Assembly: GCA_049610685.1 (NCBI GenBank)
Contig: JBMYZU010000008.1
Location: forward strand, 34,956-98,955
DNA from: Chitinophagales bacterium
GTDB taxonomy: Bacteria > Bacteroidota > Bacteroidia > Chitinophagales > UBA8649
Direction of reading: 5' to 3'
Length of the DNA stretch: 64,000 nucleotides
Shown here: in pieces, positions 10,135 through 19,857 of the stretch
Position numbering within the stretch: the stretch's first letter is position 1
How the letters are laid out: each line of letters begins with the position of its first letter
Made by a program: the position numbers and the translations under genes
The notes under the pieces: generated by a model
Told to the model about the DNA's origin: nothing
The model's database searches: none
What the model saw: only the letters and a program-made list of their open reading frames with translations

Positions 10135-11337
10135 ATGAATTCATTTCGTGTTCTTTTATTTTTTTTCGTATTTGGTGTGTATTCTTGTAACCAGGATGCC
10201 GAGAGCAAGGAGGATGAGACCCCCAATAAAAACTCAGGCAAAACGACCAATACATCAGGCTATAGCGTAGCCGATATCAAGCTTTACTCTGGTGATTCAA
10301 AAACCATGTATCTCGGGAATTTTGATGAGTCTCGTTGCGAAAGCATTTTTGGTAAGCAAAATCTACAGGCAATAGATGATTATGCTTTGGGGGTAAGCTA
10401 CAATATCAACAGGAAGGGTCTTCGGTTTGCTTTTCCTGAGCTTTTTGAGCAATCTCTGTATGGATTTAACCAGAGTGGCGAGGTAACAGGTACTTTTTCG
10501 TTAGAAGATGCTAAGGCTCGCATAAATGATATGTCAGGTGATTATGATGTCTATGTTAATCTTAAGTTGATTAATCGATATCATGGCTCCATTGATGACA
10601 CTAGACTTTTAGGAGCATCTTACCGCCCCTTAGAAAATACTTCCTCACCAATGCAACTTGAAAAGCTCACAAGTCGAGAGGTAGGTGAGATACTCAATAG
10701 AAAAGTTAATGCTAGTCACATTGCTCATGCCCATCGATACACGACAGATGAAGGTATTTTTGTTGTGATAAACTTGTATGAGTATCCTGACTACAGTGAG
10801 ATTTTCTTATTTAAGCAGGAAAATAGTCGTTATAAATCGATGAGTTTAGAACGACAGACGGATTATAACTCATCAAAATTTAAATCCTTCAAGTGGGAAA
10901 GCTATATGTCCTTAAGTGAGTGCACAATGCTCCCGGTCTTATTAAATGAATCTCCATTGATTCATGTTGATTTAGGATATGGTTGTGGTGGAGAATTGGC
11001 CTTGTTTCGACTAGTTAATCGAGAAAATTCTCGCCAATCGGATCGAGCTTCAAGTCAGAATTACGAATACGAATCTTTTGGCGATCGACGAATGGGGAAA
11101 GAAATCATGCGCAGGTCTGTGGATAGCCAAGGGAGCATTACATGGTTTTATGAAGGAGAAAAGATTGGTAAGCATCGATTAAATCGTGAAATAAGGGATG
11201 GGCAAGAGTATGTCTATTTTGATTCTAGCCCATCTAAAAAGTATGCTATTGAATATTCTCGCTGTGGTTTTACTTGCCGTCATCCGAGCGGAAAGACCCA
11301 GTTCTACACTCAAGTTTCGCCGTCTTGTCGTGACTAA
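10135..11337 (+). CDS. hypothetical lipoprotein with a C-terminal three-Cys domain that is paralogous to 62554..62964
   Basis: Start set at the ATG at 10135 (MNSFRVLLFFFVFGVYSC, lipobox-like). The C-terminal ~90 aa align with the other protein at about 45% identity, including RCGFTC.HP.G.TQFY.QV.P.CR. Confidence 0.7.
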   Translation: MNSFRVLLFFFVFGVYSCNQDAESKEDETPNKNSGKTTNTSGYSVADIKLYSGDSKTMYLGNFDESRCESIFGKQNLQAIDDYALGVSYNINRKGLRFAFPELFEQSLYGFNQSGEVTGTFSLEDAKARINDMSGDYDVYVNLKLINRYHGSIDDTRLLGASYRPLENTSSPMQLEKLTSREVGEILNRKVNASHIAHAHRYTTDEGIFVVINLYEYPDYSEIFLFKQENSRYKSMSLERQTDYNSSKFKSFKWESYMSLSECTMLPVLLNESPLIHVDLGYGCGGELALFRLVNRENSRQSDRASSQNYEYESFGDRRMGKEIMRRSVDSQGSITWFYEGEKIGKHRLNREIRDGQEYVYFDSSPSKKYAIEYSRCGFTCRHPSGKTQFYTQVSPSCRD

Positions 11338-11518
11338 TGGGTGTGTGGTTTATCATTAGTTGTTTTCATGAGGCAGAGGGTTGTTGGATGATGGTTTGAG
11401 ACACCCCAATCGGCCCCCGCGGGGGACAAAATATTCATTAATCCAAAATCTTAAATGAGCAAATGAGTATTCGGTTGCTCTGCTTAAGTAGTTTTTTACC
11501 TACGATAGAAATGAGCAA

Positions 11519-11878
11519 TCACCCTTTAGGAACAAAGAGCCATTGATGTTGTGCCTTGTGTAAAACAAGAAAGGTGTAGTGCTGGTCAGCTGATTTGTAG
11601 CGCTCTCTAAATGCATCTACATGTTCCCTTACGATAACCCCTTTATGGACCATTTCTTCAAGATGGCTGATGCGAAATTGCCAATCCATTCCCTCACGGT
11701 CCTCTGCCAAAGGCCTTCCCAAGTCCATAGTCTCTCCTTTATGGGCAATAAAGATTGGGTAGTTGCTTACGCCAGCCATCGTTACGGCCGTAACAATCTC
11801 TTCTAAGAGTCCTTTGAGTACGTCAATCTCATCGCGCAGAATCAATAGGGCTTTTTCGTCAATAGGTGGGGCTGACAT
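11519..11878 (-). CDS. hypothetical cytoplasmic protein (119 aa)
   Basis: It begins 6 nt downstream of the rlmD stop on the same strand. There is no signal peptide and I recognise no family. Confidence 0.55.
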   Translation of the reverse strand: MSAPPIDEKALLILRDEIDVLKGLLEEIVTAVTMAGVSNYPIFIAHKGETMDLGRPLAEDREGMDWQFRISHLEEMVHKGVIVREHVDAFRERYKSADQHYTFLVLHKAQHQWLFVPKG

Positions 11879-11884
11879 GGTTAA

Positions 11885-13309
11885 TTATTTCTTTAAAGTT
11901 AAGGCAACTACACACTCGATGTGAGGAGTTTGAGGAAACATATCGACAGGCTGAACGGCTTCAATAGTATATCGTTCGCAAAGAATAGCGAGATCGCGGG
12001 CCTGAGTACTTGGATTACAGCTTACATAAATGATGCGCTCAATTGAGGAGTCTCGCAAGCGTTCGGCCACTTCTTGGTGCATCCCACTTCTCGGTGGATC
12101 TGTTATGATTAGATCGGGCTTGTTTTCCTTAGTGAAGTGACGGGTATTAATGAACTCTCCGACATCTCCTGTATGATATTCCGCATGATGCACATTGTTT
12201 AACGCTGCGTTATGAGCTGCATCTTCAATGGCTTCTGGGATCAGTTCGATTCCTGTAATCTTAGCGCATTCATCGCTGAGGTAGAGTCCTATGCTTCCTA
12301 CGCCACAATACAAATCAAAGACATGTTCTTTTCCTGTCAGGTGAGCATAGTTTTTCACGACTTCATACAAGGCGACGGCTTGTTCGGTATTGGTTTGGAA
12401 AAACGATTGAGGTTTTATCTGAAAGCGCTTATCACCCAAGTCAATAAAAAACGATGCTGGTCCTAAAAGATGAACTGCTTTTAAGTCCGTCCATGAATCA
12501 TTCTTTTTATCACTTTCAATATGATAGAGACTAATCGAAGTATCAAGTTGGAGGCCTCCTAGGAATGGCACTATTTCTTCTAGGAAACCCTCTGGTGGAG
12601 GTGAGGTAACTAAGATGACCATGAGCAGCGGCATTCCCTCATCATCATGTCCTACTCGAATGCATAGTTGGCGAAGAAGGCCGGTGTGCTCCAAGGGGTC
12701 AAAAAAGGTCCATCCTTCCTGCTTGGCCTTGTTATACAGGCTGTTGCGCAGTATGTTAATACTATCTTCTACTAAGTGACATTCATCGATTTGTACGACA
12801 TTTTGGAATCGTCCCCTTGGATGAAAGCCCAATGCATCGCGATCGAATTCAGCGGACGACTGGATTTCATCATTAGTCAGCCAGCGTCTTGCTCCAAAAG
12901 TAAACTCGATCTTGTTTCGATAGTTAAACAACTTTTTCGCGCCTAGAATAGGCTCAATAGGTGGGTGCTCAAGGTGTCCAATGCGCTTAAAGGCATTTTC
13001 TACAATGCTCTGCTTTTCACCTAACTGGAGAGCATAGTCTGCAATCATCCAACGACATCCTCCGCAAACTGACTGATGCTTGCATTTTGCAGTGACTCTT
13101 CCCGTTCCTGTCTGGTCTCGACGAATAAATTGTGCTTGGTCAAACCGTCGCTTTCTTTTAGTGACTTGTACATCGCCTTGGTCGCCTGGTACGGCGTCTT
13201 CCACGAAAACTACTTTGTCGTTATGGCGTGCGACTCCAAAGCCTTCACTTGAGAGTCCGTGTATTGTTATTCCATCGTAGCGTGGTAGCTGTCTCCTCCG
13301 TCGACCCAT
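11885..13309 (-). CDS. rlmD: 23S rRNA (uracil-5-)-methyltransferase RlmD/RumA family
   Basis: N-terminal TRAM-like region, Fe-S Cys cluster CKHQSVCGGC, SAM motif DLYCGVGSIG, DPPRSG and the catalytic VSCNP. Start trimmed to the ATG at 13309 (MGRRRRQLP...). Confidence 0.92.
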   Translation of the reverse strand: MGRRRRQLPRYDGITIHGLSSEGFGVARHNDKVVFVEDAVPGDQGDVQVTKRKRRFDQAQFIRRDQTGTGRVTAKCKHQSVCGGCRWMIADYALQLGEKQSIVENAFKRIGHLEHPPIEPILGAKKLFNYRNKIEFTFGARRWLTNDEIQSSAEFDRDALGFHPRGRFQNVVQIDECHLVEDSINILRNSLYNKAKQEGWTFFDPLEHTGLLRQLCIRVGHDDEGMPLLMVILVTSPPPEGFLEEIVPFLGGLQLDTSISLYHIESDKKNDSWTDLKAVHLLGPASFFIDLGDKRFQIKPQSFFQTNTEQAVALYEVVKNYAHLTGKEHVFDLYCGVGSIGLYLSDECAKITGIELIPEAIEDAAHNAALNNVHHAEYHTGDVGEFINTRHFTKENKPDLIITDPPRSGMHQEVAERLRDSSIERIIYVSCNPSTQARDLAILCERYTIEAVQPVDMFPQTPHIECVVALTLKK

Positions 13310-13382
13310 TGCTAAAAGTTTAGACAAAGGTAATCGGTTAAGCAACACGGAGTTTACTACATTTATGGCATAAGAAAAAACT

Positions 13383-15287
13383 ATGCGTTATATATTCTTA
13401 TTGTGCTTTGCCACGACCTATGGATTGTTGGCTCAGTGTCCTGACATTGCAACCCTCATCGAAATAGGGGAGGAGCGCGTATCTCAAGAGGATTTTGTTC
13501 GGCTATATACCAAGAATAATATCGATGGAAGCGCTGACTTCTCCGAGGAATCCCTGAACGAATACCTTGATCTCTACATCAACTATAGGCTTAAAGTTCA
13601 GGAAGCTTATGCTTTGGAAATGGATACTATTAGTCGAATTTTAAAGGAGTTTAATGGTTATCGTTTGCAGTTGGCCGAAAGCTATCTCACCGAAGAGCGC
13701 ATAACAGATCGTTTGGTTGAGGAGGCATTTGAACGCATGCCCGTGCAACGCGACATAGAACATGTCTTGATTCCTTGGGACCGCGAAGTAGATGGTCGTA
13801 TTGACTCCGCAAAAGCCTTTAATGCATTAAGTAAGGTGCAACGTCAATTATCGCGTGGTTACAATCTTCAACGTGCAGCAGCTCGTTCAGGAGCTGATTT
13901 AACCTACCGCTCTTTGGGCTATCTCGGATTGTTTCAAACGGTGTATGCATTTGAAAATGCCATGTATGAGACACCCGTTGGTTCGATTAGTGAACCGGTA
14001 TATACCCGATTTGGGATCCATTTAGTCAAAGTAAATGGGGAGCGCACCTTTGATGGTACTTCTTCGTATTTGCAAATTGCCTTACCTGAATCTGCCGAAA
14101 ACCGACAGCTTTTAGAACAAGTAATTCGAGATGTGAAGAGTAATGCTAGTCTCTTTTCAAGCTATGCAGCTCAATATTCCACTTCGCGGAATGGAAAAAG
14201 TTCTCGTAATCCAATTAAAATCGGTGCTCAGGCAAACTCTGCATGGCAAAATGAATACGTGGAGAGGGCCTTGTCCATTGACACGATTGGTGATGTTTCT
14301 GACGTCTTTTCCTTAGGAGATACGCTCTACCTTATCCAATGGATTGCCCTTGATTCATTTCCTGATTTAGATCAGGTGCGCAGTGGACTAGTACGGAAAA
14401 TACAACAGGGTCAGCGCTCAAGGATTCAAAGAGACTCTCTTTTGCACGAAGCAAGAGGACTCTTTGGCTATAAACAGCATGCAACCATGGAGGATATGCT
14501 ACAATACTTTACCAAGGATGTACTCAGTGGAGATGCTGATCTGTCTGACGAGAGAGCCGCTATGCCCCTGTTTGTTATTGGTAAGAAGGCATTAACCTAT
14601 GGCGACTTGGAGGACTATATGGGGCACAACTATGGTGGGTCCGAAGATGCTTACCGTGTATATTATCTGGAAGAAAAGCTAAAAGCCTTAGAGCGGAAAA
14701 CGATTTACGAATACTATCGGGATCATCTTCATGAGGTTAATGTGGACTTTGCTGCTCAAATGCAGGAATACCGTGATGGTATGCTTCTCTTTGAGCTTAT
14801 GAATGAGCGAGTATGGCGCGAAGCAGTAAGGGATACCTCGGGGTTAAATGCCTTTTTTGAAGGAAAACGTGCATCCTATGTGTGGCCTCAGCTCATCACA
14901 GCCTCACACTTTATTGTAGAAGATTCTACGTTCCTACGTAAGTTGTCCAAAGCTTCCAACAATCCGAGTAAACTATCTAAGTTGTTTGTAAAAGGCTTAA
15001 AGCGTAATAAGTTATCGTCGAAGTCATGGCGTATTTGGCCTGGAGATAAGCGATTAATGGACTTTGATCAGCTCAACGAGCTTAGTATCGGCCCCCATGC
15101 CCTTGATAATGGCATGTTCCTCCAAATAGAAGAAAAGGAAGAAGATGCTTGGAAAACCTTTGATGAGACCAGAGGGTTTGTCATATCAGATTATCAAGAT
15201 TACCTGGAAAAAGATTGGATTTATTCACTTCGTGAAGCAACATCTGTCCGCGTAACGAGTTGTTTTATTAATCTTGTGAAGCCTTAA
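13383..15287 (+). CDS. periplasmic peptidyl-prolyl isomerase (parvulin/PpiC-type, SurA/PpiD-like)
   Basis: Signal peptide, plus a parvulin domain running from IEHVLIPW to FGIHLVKV. Confidence 0.85.
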   Translation: MRYIFLLCFATTYGLLAQCPDIATLIEIGEERVSQEDFVRLYTKNNIDGSADFSEESLNEYLDLYINYRLKVQEAYALEMDTISRILKEFNGYRLQLAESYLTEERITDRLVEEAFERMPVQRDIEHVLIPWDREVDGRIDSAKAFNALSKVQRQLSRGYNLQRAAARSGADLTYRSLGYLGLFQTVYAFENAMYETPVGSISEPVYTRFGIHLVKVNGERTFDGTSSYLQIALPESAENRQLLEQVIRDVKSNASLFSSYAAQYSTSRNGKSSRNPIKIGAQANSAWQNEYVERALSIDTIGDVSDVFSLGDTLYLIQWIALDSFPDLDQVRSGLVRKIQQGQRSRIQRDSLLHEARGLFGYKQHATMEDMLQYFTKDVLSGDADLSDERAAMPLFVIGKKALTYGDLEDYMGHNYGGSEDAYRVYYLEEKLKALERKTIYEYYRDHLHEVNVDFAAQMQEYRDGMLLFELMNERVWREAVRDTSGLNAFFEGKRASYVWPQLITASHFIVEDSTFLRKLSKASNNPSKLSKLFVKGLKRNKLSSKSWRIWPGDKRLMDFDQLNELSIGPHALDNGMFLQIEEKEEDAWKTFDETRGFVISDYQDYLEKDWIYSLREATSVRVTSCFINLVKP

Positions 15288-15295
15288 GCATTTAT

Positions 15296-16651
15296 ATGAG
15301 CTCTAGTCGTCTTTTCCTCCTTGTTTTCACCATTTTACTTTATTGTGTTTCTGTTGGCCACAGTCAAGTTCTTGGCGACGGTATTGTAGGGCATGTTGAA
15401 GGAGAAATTGTTTTAATGAGTGATGTCCAGATTGCATCCTTCCAGTTGCAAGAGGCCTATCCCGACCAGTCGAAGGCTGATCTTGAGTGCATGGCCCTCG
15501 ATAACCTCCTGATGCAAAAGATTTTTGTGATTCAAGCAGAGCGCGATAGTGTATACGTCTCGGATGAAGAAGTCGATCAAGAACTAGATGGTCGAATTGC
15601 CTATTTCGAAGAGATGTTTGGCGGGTTGGAAAATCTTGAGACATATTATGGGAAAACGATTACGGAGCTAAAAGCTGATTTTCGGGAAGATATATTCGAT
15701 CAACTATTGTCTTCGCGAATGGAGGGTAACATCACAGCGGGAATTTCGGTGTCTCCTTCTGAAGTCCGTTCTTTCTATCAAGCAATTCCTCAAGACAGTA
15801 TACCTTTCTTTAATGCTGAAGTTGAGTTGGCCGAGGTCGTGTTGTATGAAAAACCTACAGCTGATCAAAACCAAGTCGCGCGGTCTACTGCAGAAGATCT
15901 TAGTGCACGGTTACAAGAGGGAGAGGACTTTGAGTTTTTGGCATTGGTCTATTCTTGTGATCCAGGGTCAAGTAAAATTGGTGGCGATCTTGGATTTATC
16001 CGTCGAGGACAGATGGTTAGTGCTTTTGAGTCAGCAGCCTTTCGTTTGAAAAATGCGATGGAGATAAGCCCCGTGGTGGAAACTGAGTTTGGCTTTCATA
16101 TTATTCAACTTTTAGAGCGTCAAGGTGAGCGAATTCATGTACGTCATATTCTTGTTTGCCCGGAAATGACGGATGACAACCTCAATACGGCTCGAAGAGA
16201 AGCCGATCGTATTCGCGATAAGGTTCTTGATGGAGGCATTACATTCGAAGAGGCTGTCGAGGAGTACAGTATGGATATGTCTTCCAAAAATCAAGGAGGG
16301 CTCTTACAAAATCCTAAAACGGGAAATTCTTTTTTTGAAATGGATGAAGTCGAAGGAGTGATTGCAGTGAGACTAGATAATGTTGAGGTTGGCGGGTACA
16401 GCCAAGTTATTCCAACTCAGGGTTATCGGGGAGAACGAGGATATCGATTTATAAAACTTGTATCGGAAACGGAAGCCCACCAAGCGAATATTGAACAAGA
16501 TTATTCCAAGTTCAAAGCAGTTTGCCTGGAACAGAAAAAACAGAAAGCACTCTATGATTGGATGAATACAGTAATCCCATCAATTTACATTGATGTGGTA
16601 TCCGATTATGAGACTTGTCCTCAAATGAAAAACTGGAAGGTTTATGAGTAA
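15296..16651 (+). CDS. SurA-like peptidyl-prolyl isomerase with two parvulin domains
   Basis: Signal peptide. Two rotamase segments are present: GDLGFIRRGQMV...FGFHIIQL, and VRHILV... followed by a C-terminal tail. Confidence 0.88.
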   Translation: MSSSRLFLLVFTILLYCVSVGHSQVLGDGIVGHVEGEIVLMSDVQIASFQLQEAYPDQSKADLECMALDNLLMQKIFVIQAERDSVYVSDEEVDQELDGRIAYFEEMFGGLENLETYYGKTITELKADFREDIFDQLLSSRMEGNITAGISVSPSEVRSFYQAIPQDSIPFFNAEVELAEVVLYEKPTADQNQVARSTAEDLSARLQEGEDFEFLALVYSCDPGSSKIGGDLGFIRRGQMVSAFESAAFRLKNAMEISPVVETEFGFHIIQLLERQGERIHVRHILVCPEMTDDNLNTARREADRIRDKVLDGGITFEEAVEEYSMDMSSKNQGGLLQNPKTGNSFFEMDEVEGVIAVRLDNVEVGGYSQVIPTQGYRGERGYRFIKLVSETEAHQANIEQDYSKFKAVCLEQKKQKALYDWMNTVIPSIYIDVVSDYETCPQMKNWKVYE

Positions 16652-17624
16652 TGCCAAAAACGATATGCAAAATATGGAGTTACGTGCAAAGGAGTTTGCG
16701 CAAAAGGTTGATACCCTTCGTCAAGAAATTGGCAAGTCAGTAGTTGGTCAGCAAGAGGCGGTTGATGGCTTATTAATGTCTATTTTTTGTGATAGTCATA
16801 GCCTGTTAGTTGGAGTACCTGGTCTGGCTAAAACGCTCTTGGTTCAAACGCTATCAAGCGTTCTTGAGTTGGACTTTCAGCGCATTCAATTTACGCCTGA
16901 TTTAATGCCTTCGGATATCACTGGTGCGGAAATTTTAGATGAGTCAAAGGCTTTTCGTTTCAATAAGGGGCCAATATTCTCTAATATCGTTTTAGCCGAT
17001 GAGATTAACCGAACTCCTCCGAAAACGCAGGCAGCTCTTCTTGAGGCCATGCAGGAGCGTTCAGTTACAATAGCGGGTGAGCAACATTTGTTGCCTAAGC
17101 CTTTCTTTGTTCTAGCAACTCAGAATCCTATTGAGCAAGAGGGTACTTACCCTTTGCCCGAAGCTCAATTAGACCGATTTATGACGCAAATTGAAATGAC
17201 CTATCCTTCATTCGAGGAAGAAAAGGAAGTTATTCGGCGAACAACGGGCCTTTCAAAACCCTCTTTAAATGTGGTTTTAAGGCAGCAGGAGCTTATTGAT
17301 TACCAGCAATTTATTCGTTCTATGCCTATTACGGATGCAGCGCTGGAGTATGCAGTGCGAGTGGTTACCTTAAGTCGACCTAATTTGCCTGATAGTATGG
17401 ACTTTGTCAATCAGTATGTATCATGGGGAGCAGGTCCACGGGCGGCTCAGTTTATCGTTTTAGCGGCGAAGTGTAGGGCAGCAATGCGCGGTGCATTTAC
17501 ACCGAATATTGACGACGTTTCGGAGGTAATTCCCAATGTACTTCGACATCGCGTTTTTCTTAACTACAAGGCCGAGGCTGAAGGTATAACTCTAGCGGAC
17601 GTATTTGATACGATTCGAGGCTAG
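16644..17624 (+). CDS. MoxR-family AAA+ ATPase
   Basis: Walker A GVPGLAKT, Walker B LADEINR, and ATQNPIEQEGTYPLPEAQLDRF, which is typical of AAA_3/MoxR. The start overlaps the upstream PPIase stop by 8 nt (ATGAGTAA). Confidence 0.93.
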   Translation: MSNAKNDMQNMELRAKEFAQKVDTLRQEIGKSVVGQQEAVDGLLMSIFCDSHSLLVGVPGLAKTLLVQTLSSVLELDFQRIQFTPDLMPSDITGAEILDESKAFRFNKGPIFSNIVLADEINRTPPKTQAALLEAMQERSVTIAGEQHLLPKPFFVLATQNPIEQEGTYPLPEAQLDRFMTQIEMTYPSFEEEKEVIRRTTGLSKPSLNVVLRQQELIDYQQFIRSMPITDAALEYAVRVVTLSRPNLPDSMDFVNQYVSWGAGPRAAQFIVLAAKCRAAMRGAFTPNIDDVSEVIPNVLRHRVFLNYKAEAEGITLADVFDTIRG

Positions 17625-17629
17625 ATTCA

Positions 17630-19852
17630 CTATTTATCTTCAAGAAGGTCCACCAGTCGTTGAAATCCTCTTTCATTCTCTTCCCATGTTAGGGCATTTA
17701 AGACCCTTTTCTTCTCGATTTGGCTTAACCGAAGACTCAAGGGAACATCATATTCGCTGTATTCAGAGCCGTTAGGTAAAACAAATTGGACCCAGTCTAG
17801 CTTATCCCCAAATGCCTCTTGAAGCCCTGCAATCATATAGTCTTGTTTGTAATCCTGTTGTTGGGTAAGGTTGCTTACAATATTTCCAAAGGGTTGTATT
17901 ATCTGGGTTAGATAACTTGGTAGGAAGGTGTCATCAATGGTATTATGCTTTAGCGTAGTACGGAATTGGACAAGGACAACTCCCGAGGTGTTTTGATGAA
18001 TCCATTCTTTATGAGCATAAAGAAAACGTACAATGGGTTCTATTCCATGATTGTCTCGGACACCGGCATCCATTACCAGGGTTTCTGGTTTACTCGGCAA
18101 AGCCACTGCAGGAAAAAGATTAGGGAAACTAGCATTCATTCTAATGGCTGAAATAAACCGGATGTTTCGGCCACCTTGATTGGCAAAAAATGATCCAAAA
18201 TCAATAGCATCTGTCTCATAATCCAATGTGGAATCACTTGGTGATCCACTGCGCATAAGGTATCGGATAGGGTGGGGGTTTAAGTAAAAAACACGGCCAT
18301 CATTGATGATGTGTGTGCTGAGAAACATTCTCGGAATAAGCCCTTGGTACTCAGGCTCAGCATAATCGGAAAGTGGTTTTTCAAGATACCCTCTAGTGTT
18401 GTCATTGAAGCTTTCTTCAAAGGCAATCCCTCGATCAATAGCATGCTTTTCTCCTTTGTATTGTATTGTGTTCCACGGTAGAAACAAATCATTAGTGGCA
18501 ACTGTAGCCGCCCATTTGTTGAGCATGTCTTTGCTTAAGTCATCTACATATTCCGGCTTTACTCGTTCCCTAGTATGGTTGAGTCGATCCCTTAATAGAA
18601 GTTCTCGCCAATACGACAACCCATACATACCTCCTGAAGCTCCAGACATGAGTAAGGTATGATCTGAAACCTTGTCATTGGATAACGAGTCAAGAAGCTG
18701 AAGTCCTCTAAATGTAAAAACCCCTGACTTTATGCCCCCTCCCGCAGCCGATAGAATCACCACTTTTGGCTTTGCCTCTCCATGGGATGATTGATAGGTT
18801 TCTAGCCAGTTATTAAGCATTTCTTCTCCTAAGGCAACGTCGGTATTCCAATTAGCTTCAGATGCCATTGAATCCAAAGAAGAAAGGCTGTATACGGCCT
18901 TCGGTCCGTTGTACTCTAAGCCCAATGCGTGGGAGTTGGTATTAATTCCTTCCGTTTTAGAAAACCAATCAAAGAGCAGGAGTAAGATAATAACAATAGG
19001 AAGGGCCCATCGCCTAGTCCAATAAGTGAAGAAGCCGATAATGGATACTAAAACAGAAAAGCTAAGCAAGAGACTGGCTCCGGCTGGAATGTCGTAAAAG
19101 GCTCTTTCATTAAAGGCTCCGGCAATCATTAAAAAGATAAAAACCACGAGTTGAATGAAGAACGCACTCCAGTGGTGATTTAAAAAGGTCGCATGGATTC
19201 GTACGAAATTATAATGGCTTACATCACGAGTACGCTGCCATCGCCCTCGTCTTGTGAGGTAGTATTTTACATTGGATCCCAGGCTACGACCTCGACGCGC
19301 TAGAAGCGAAGTGGCTTCGTCTAAACTATTGATTTCAAAATCTTTATGAAGGTCTCGATTGGATAAGGTAAAATAGACAACACTCAGAATAAGTACGGCA
19401 AAAATCCCTGTGAGATAGGCGAAAACAAGCAATAGAGCAAATTGATTTTCAATGAGTTCAGCATTGCTTTGAAAGCGGTAAATGCAAAGACAATGTATTC
19501 CAATAGCAAGAATGGGAGTAATGGCATTGTTTAGAAAAAAAACAGCGACTGGCCAACGTGTTGCCGCTAAAAATGGGTACATATTGGAGTGTAACAGGTA
19601 ACTCACCATTTGCCAGAGCACAAGAAACAATCCCATGGCAATACCTAACATTGCAAAGCTCAAGGGAGATACTGATCCAAAGTACTCGGGACTTAAAATG
19701 ATCGATGGTAAGCCAAAGTGATTGCCAAAGTAAGACGTGCTCAGTCCAATGACTACAATCCATGGGAGCAGAAGCAAGGGAAAATTGACGACATGGCTTA
19801 AAAAGAGCTGGAGCGGAAAGATCCGAAATATGTCAAACCGATTGCGCTGCAT
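17630..19852 (-). CDS. patatin-like phospholipase with a polytopic N-terminal membrane domain
   Basis: The N-terminal ~300 aa hold several hydrophobic helices. The patatin motifs follow: oxyanion SAAGGGIKSG, nucleophile GASGG and the Asp dyad element DAGVRDN. The track start at 19876 is a TTG that overlaps the upstream gene, so I used the ATG at 19852. Confidence 0.85.
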   Translation of the reverse strand: MQRNRFDIFRIFPLQLFLSHVVNFPLLLLPWIVVIGLSTSYFGNHFGLPSIILSPEYFGSVSPLSFAMLGIAMGLFLVLWQMVSYLLHSNMYPFLAATRWPVAVFFLNNAITPILAIGIHCLCIYRFQSNAELIENQFALLLVFAYLTGIFAVLILSVVYFTLSNRDLHKDFEINSLDEATSLLARRGRSLGSNVKYYLTRRGRWQRTRDVSHYNFVRIHATFLNHHWSAFFIQLVVFIFLMIAGAFNERAFYDIPAGASLLLSFSVLVSIIGFFTYWTRRWALPIVIILLLLFDWFSKTEGINTNSHALGLEYNGPKAVYSLSSLDSMASEANWNTDVALGEEMLNNWLETYQSSHGEAKPKVVILSAAGGGIKSGVFTFRGLQLLDSLSNDKVSDHTLLMSGASGGMYGLSYWRELLLRDRLNHTRERVKPEYVDDLSKDMLNKWAATVATNDLFLPWNTIQYKGEKHAIDRGIAFEESFNDNTRGYLEKPLSDYAEPEYQGLIPRMFLSTHIINDGRVFYLNPHPIRYLMRSGSPSDSTLDYETDAIDFGSFFANQGGRNIRFISAIRMNASFPNLFPAVALPSKPETLVMDAGVRDNHGIEPIVRFLYAHKEWIHQNTSGVVLVQFRTTLKHNTIDDTFLPSYLTQIIQPFGNIVSNLTQQQDYKQDYMIAGLQEAFGDKLDWVQFVLPNGSEYSEYDVPLSLRLSQIEKKRVLNALTWEENERGFQRLVDLLEDK

Positions 19853-19857
19853 GATTC

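Noticed and set aside
11414-11425. The GC-only palindrome CCCCCGCGGGGG in the convergent intergenic region, considered as an intrinsic terminator.
   Set aside because: It has no loop nucleotides and no T-run on either strand, so it does not fit a canonical rho-independent terminator. I kept it only as a remark.
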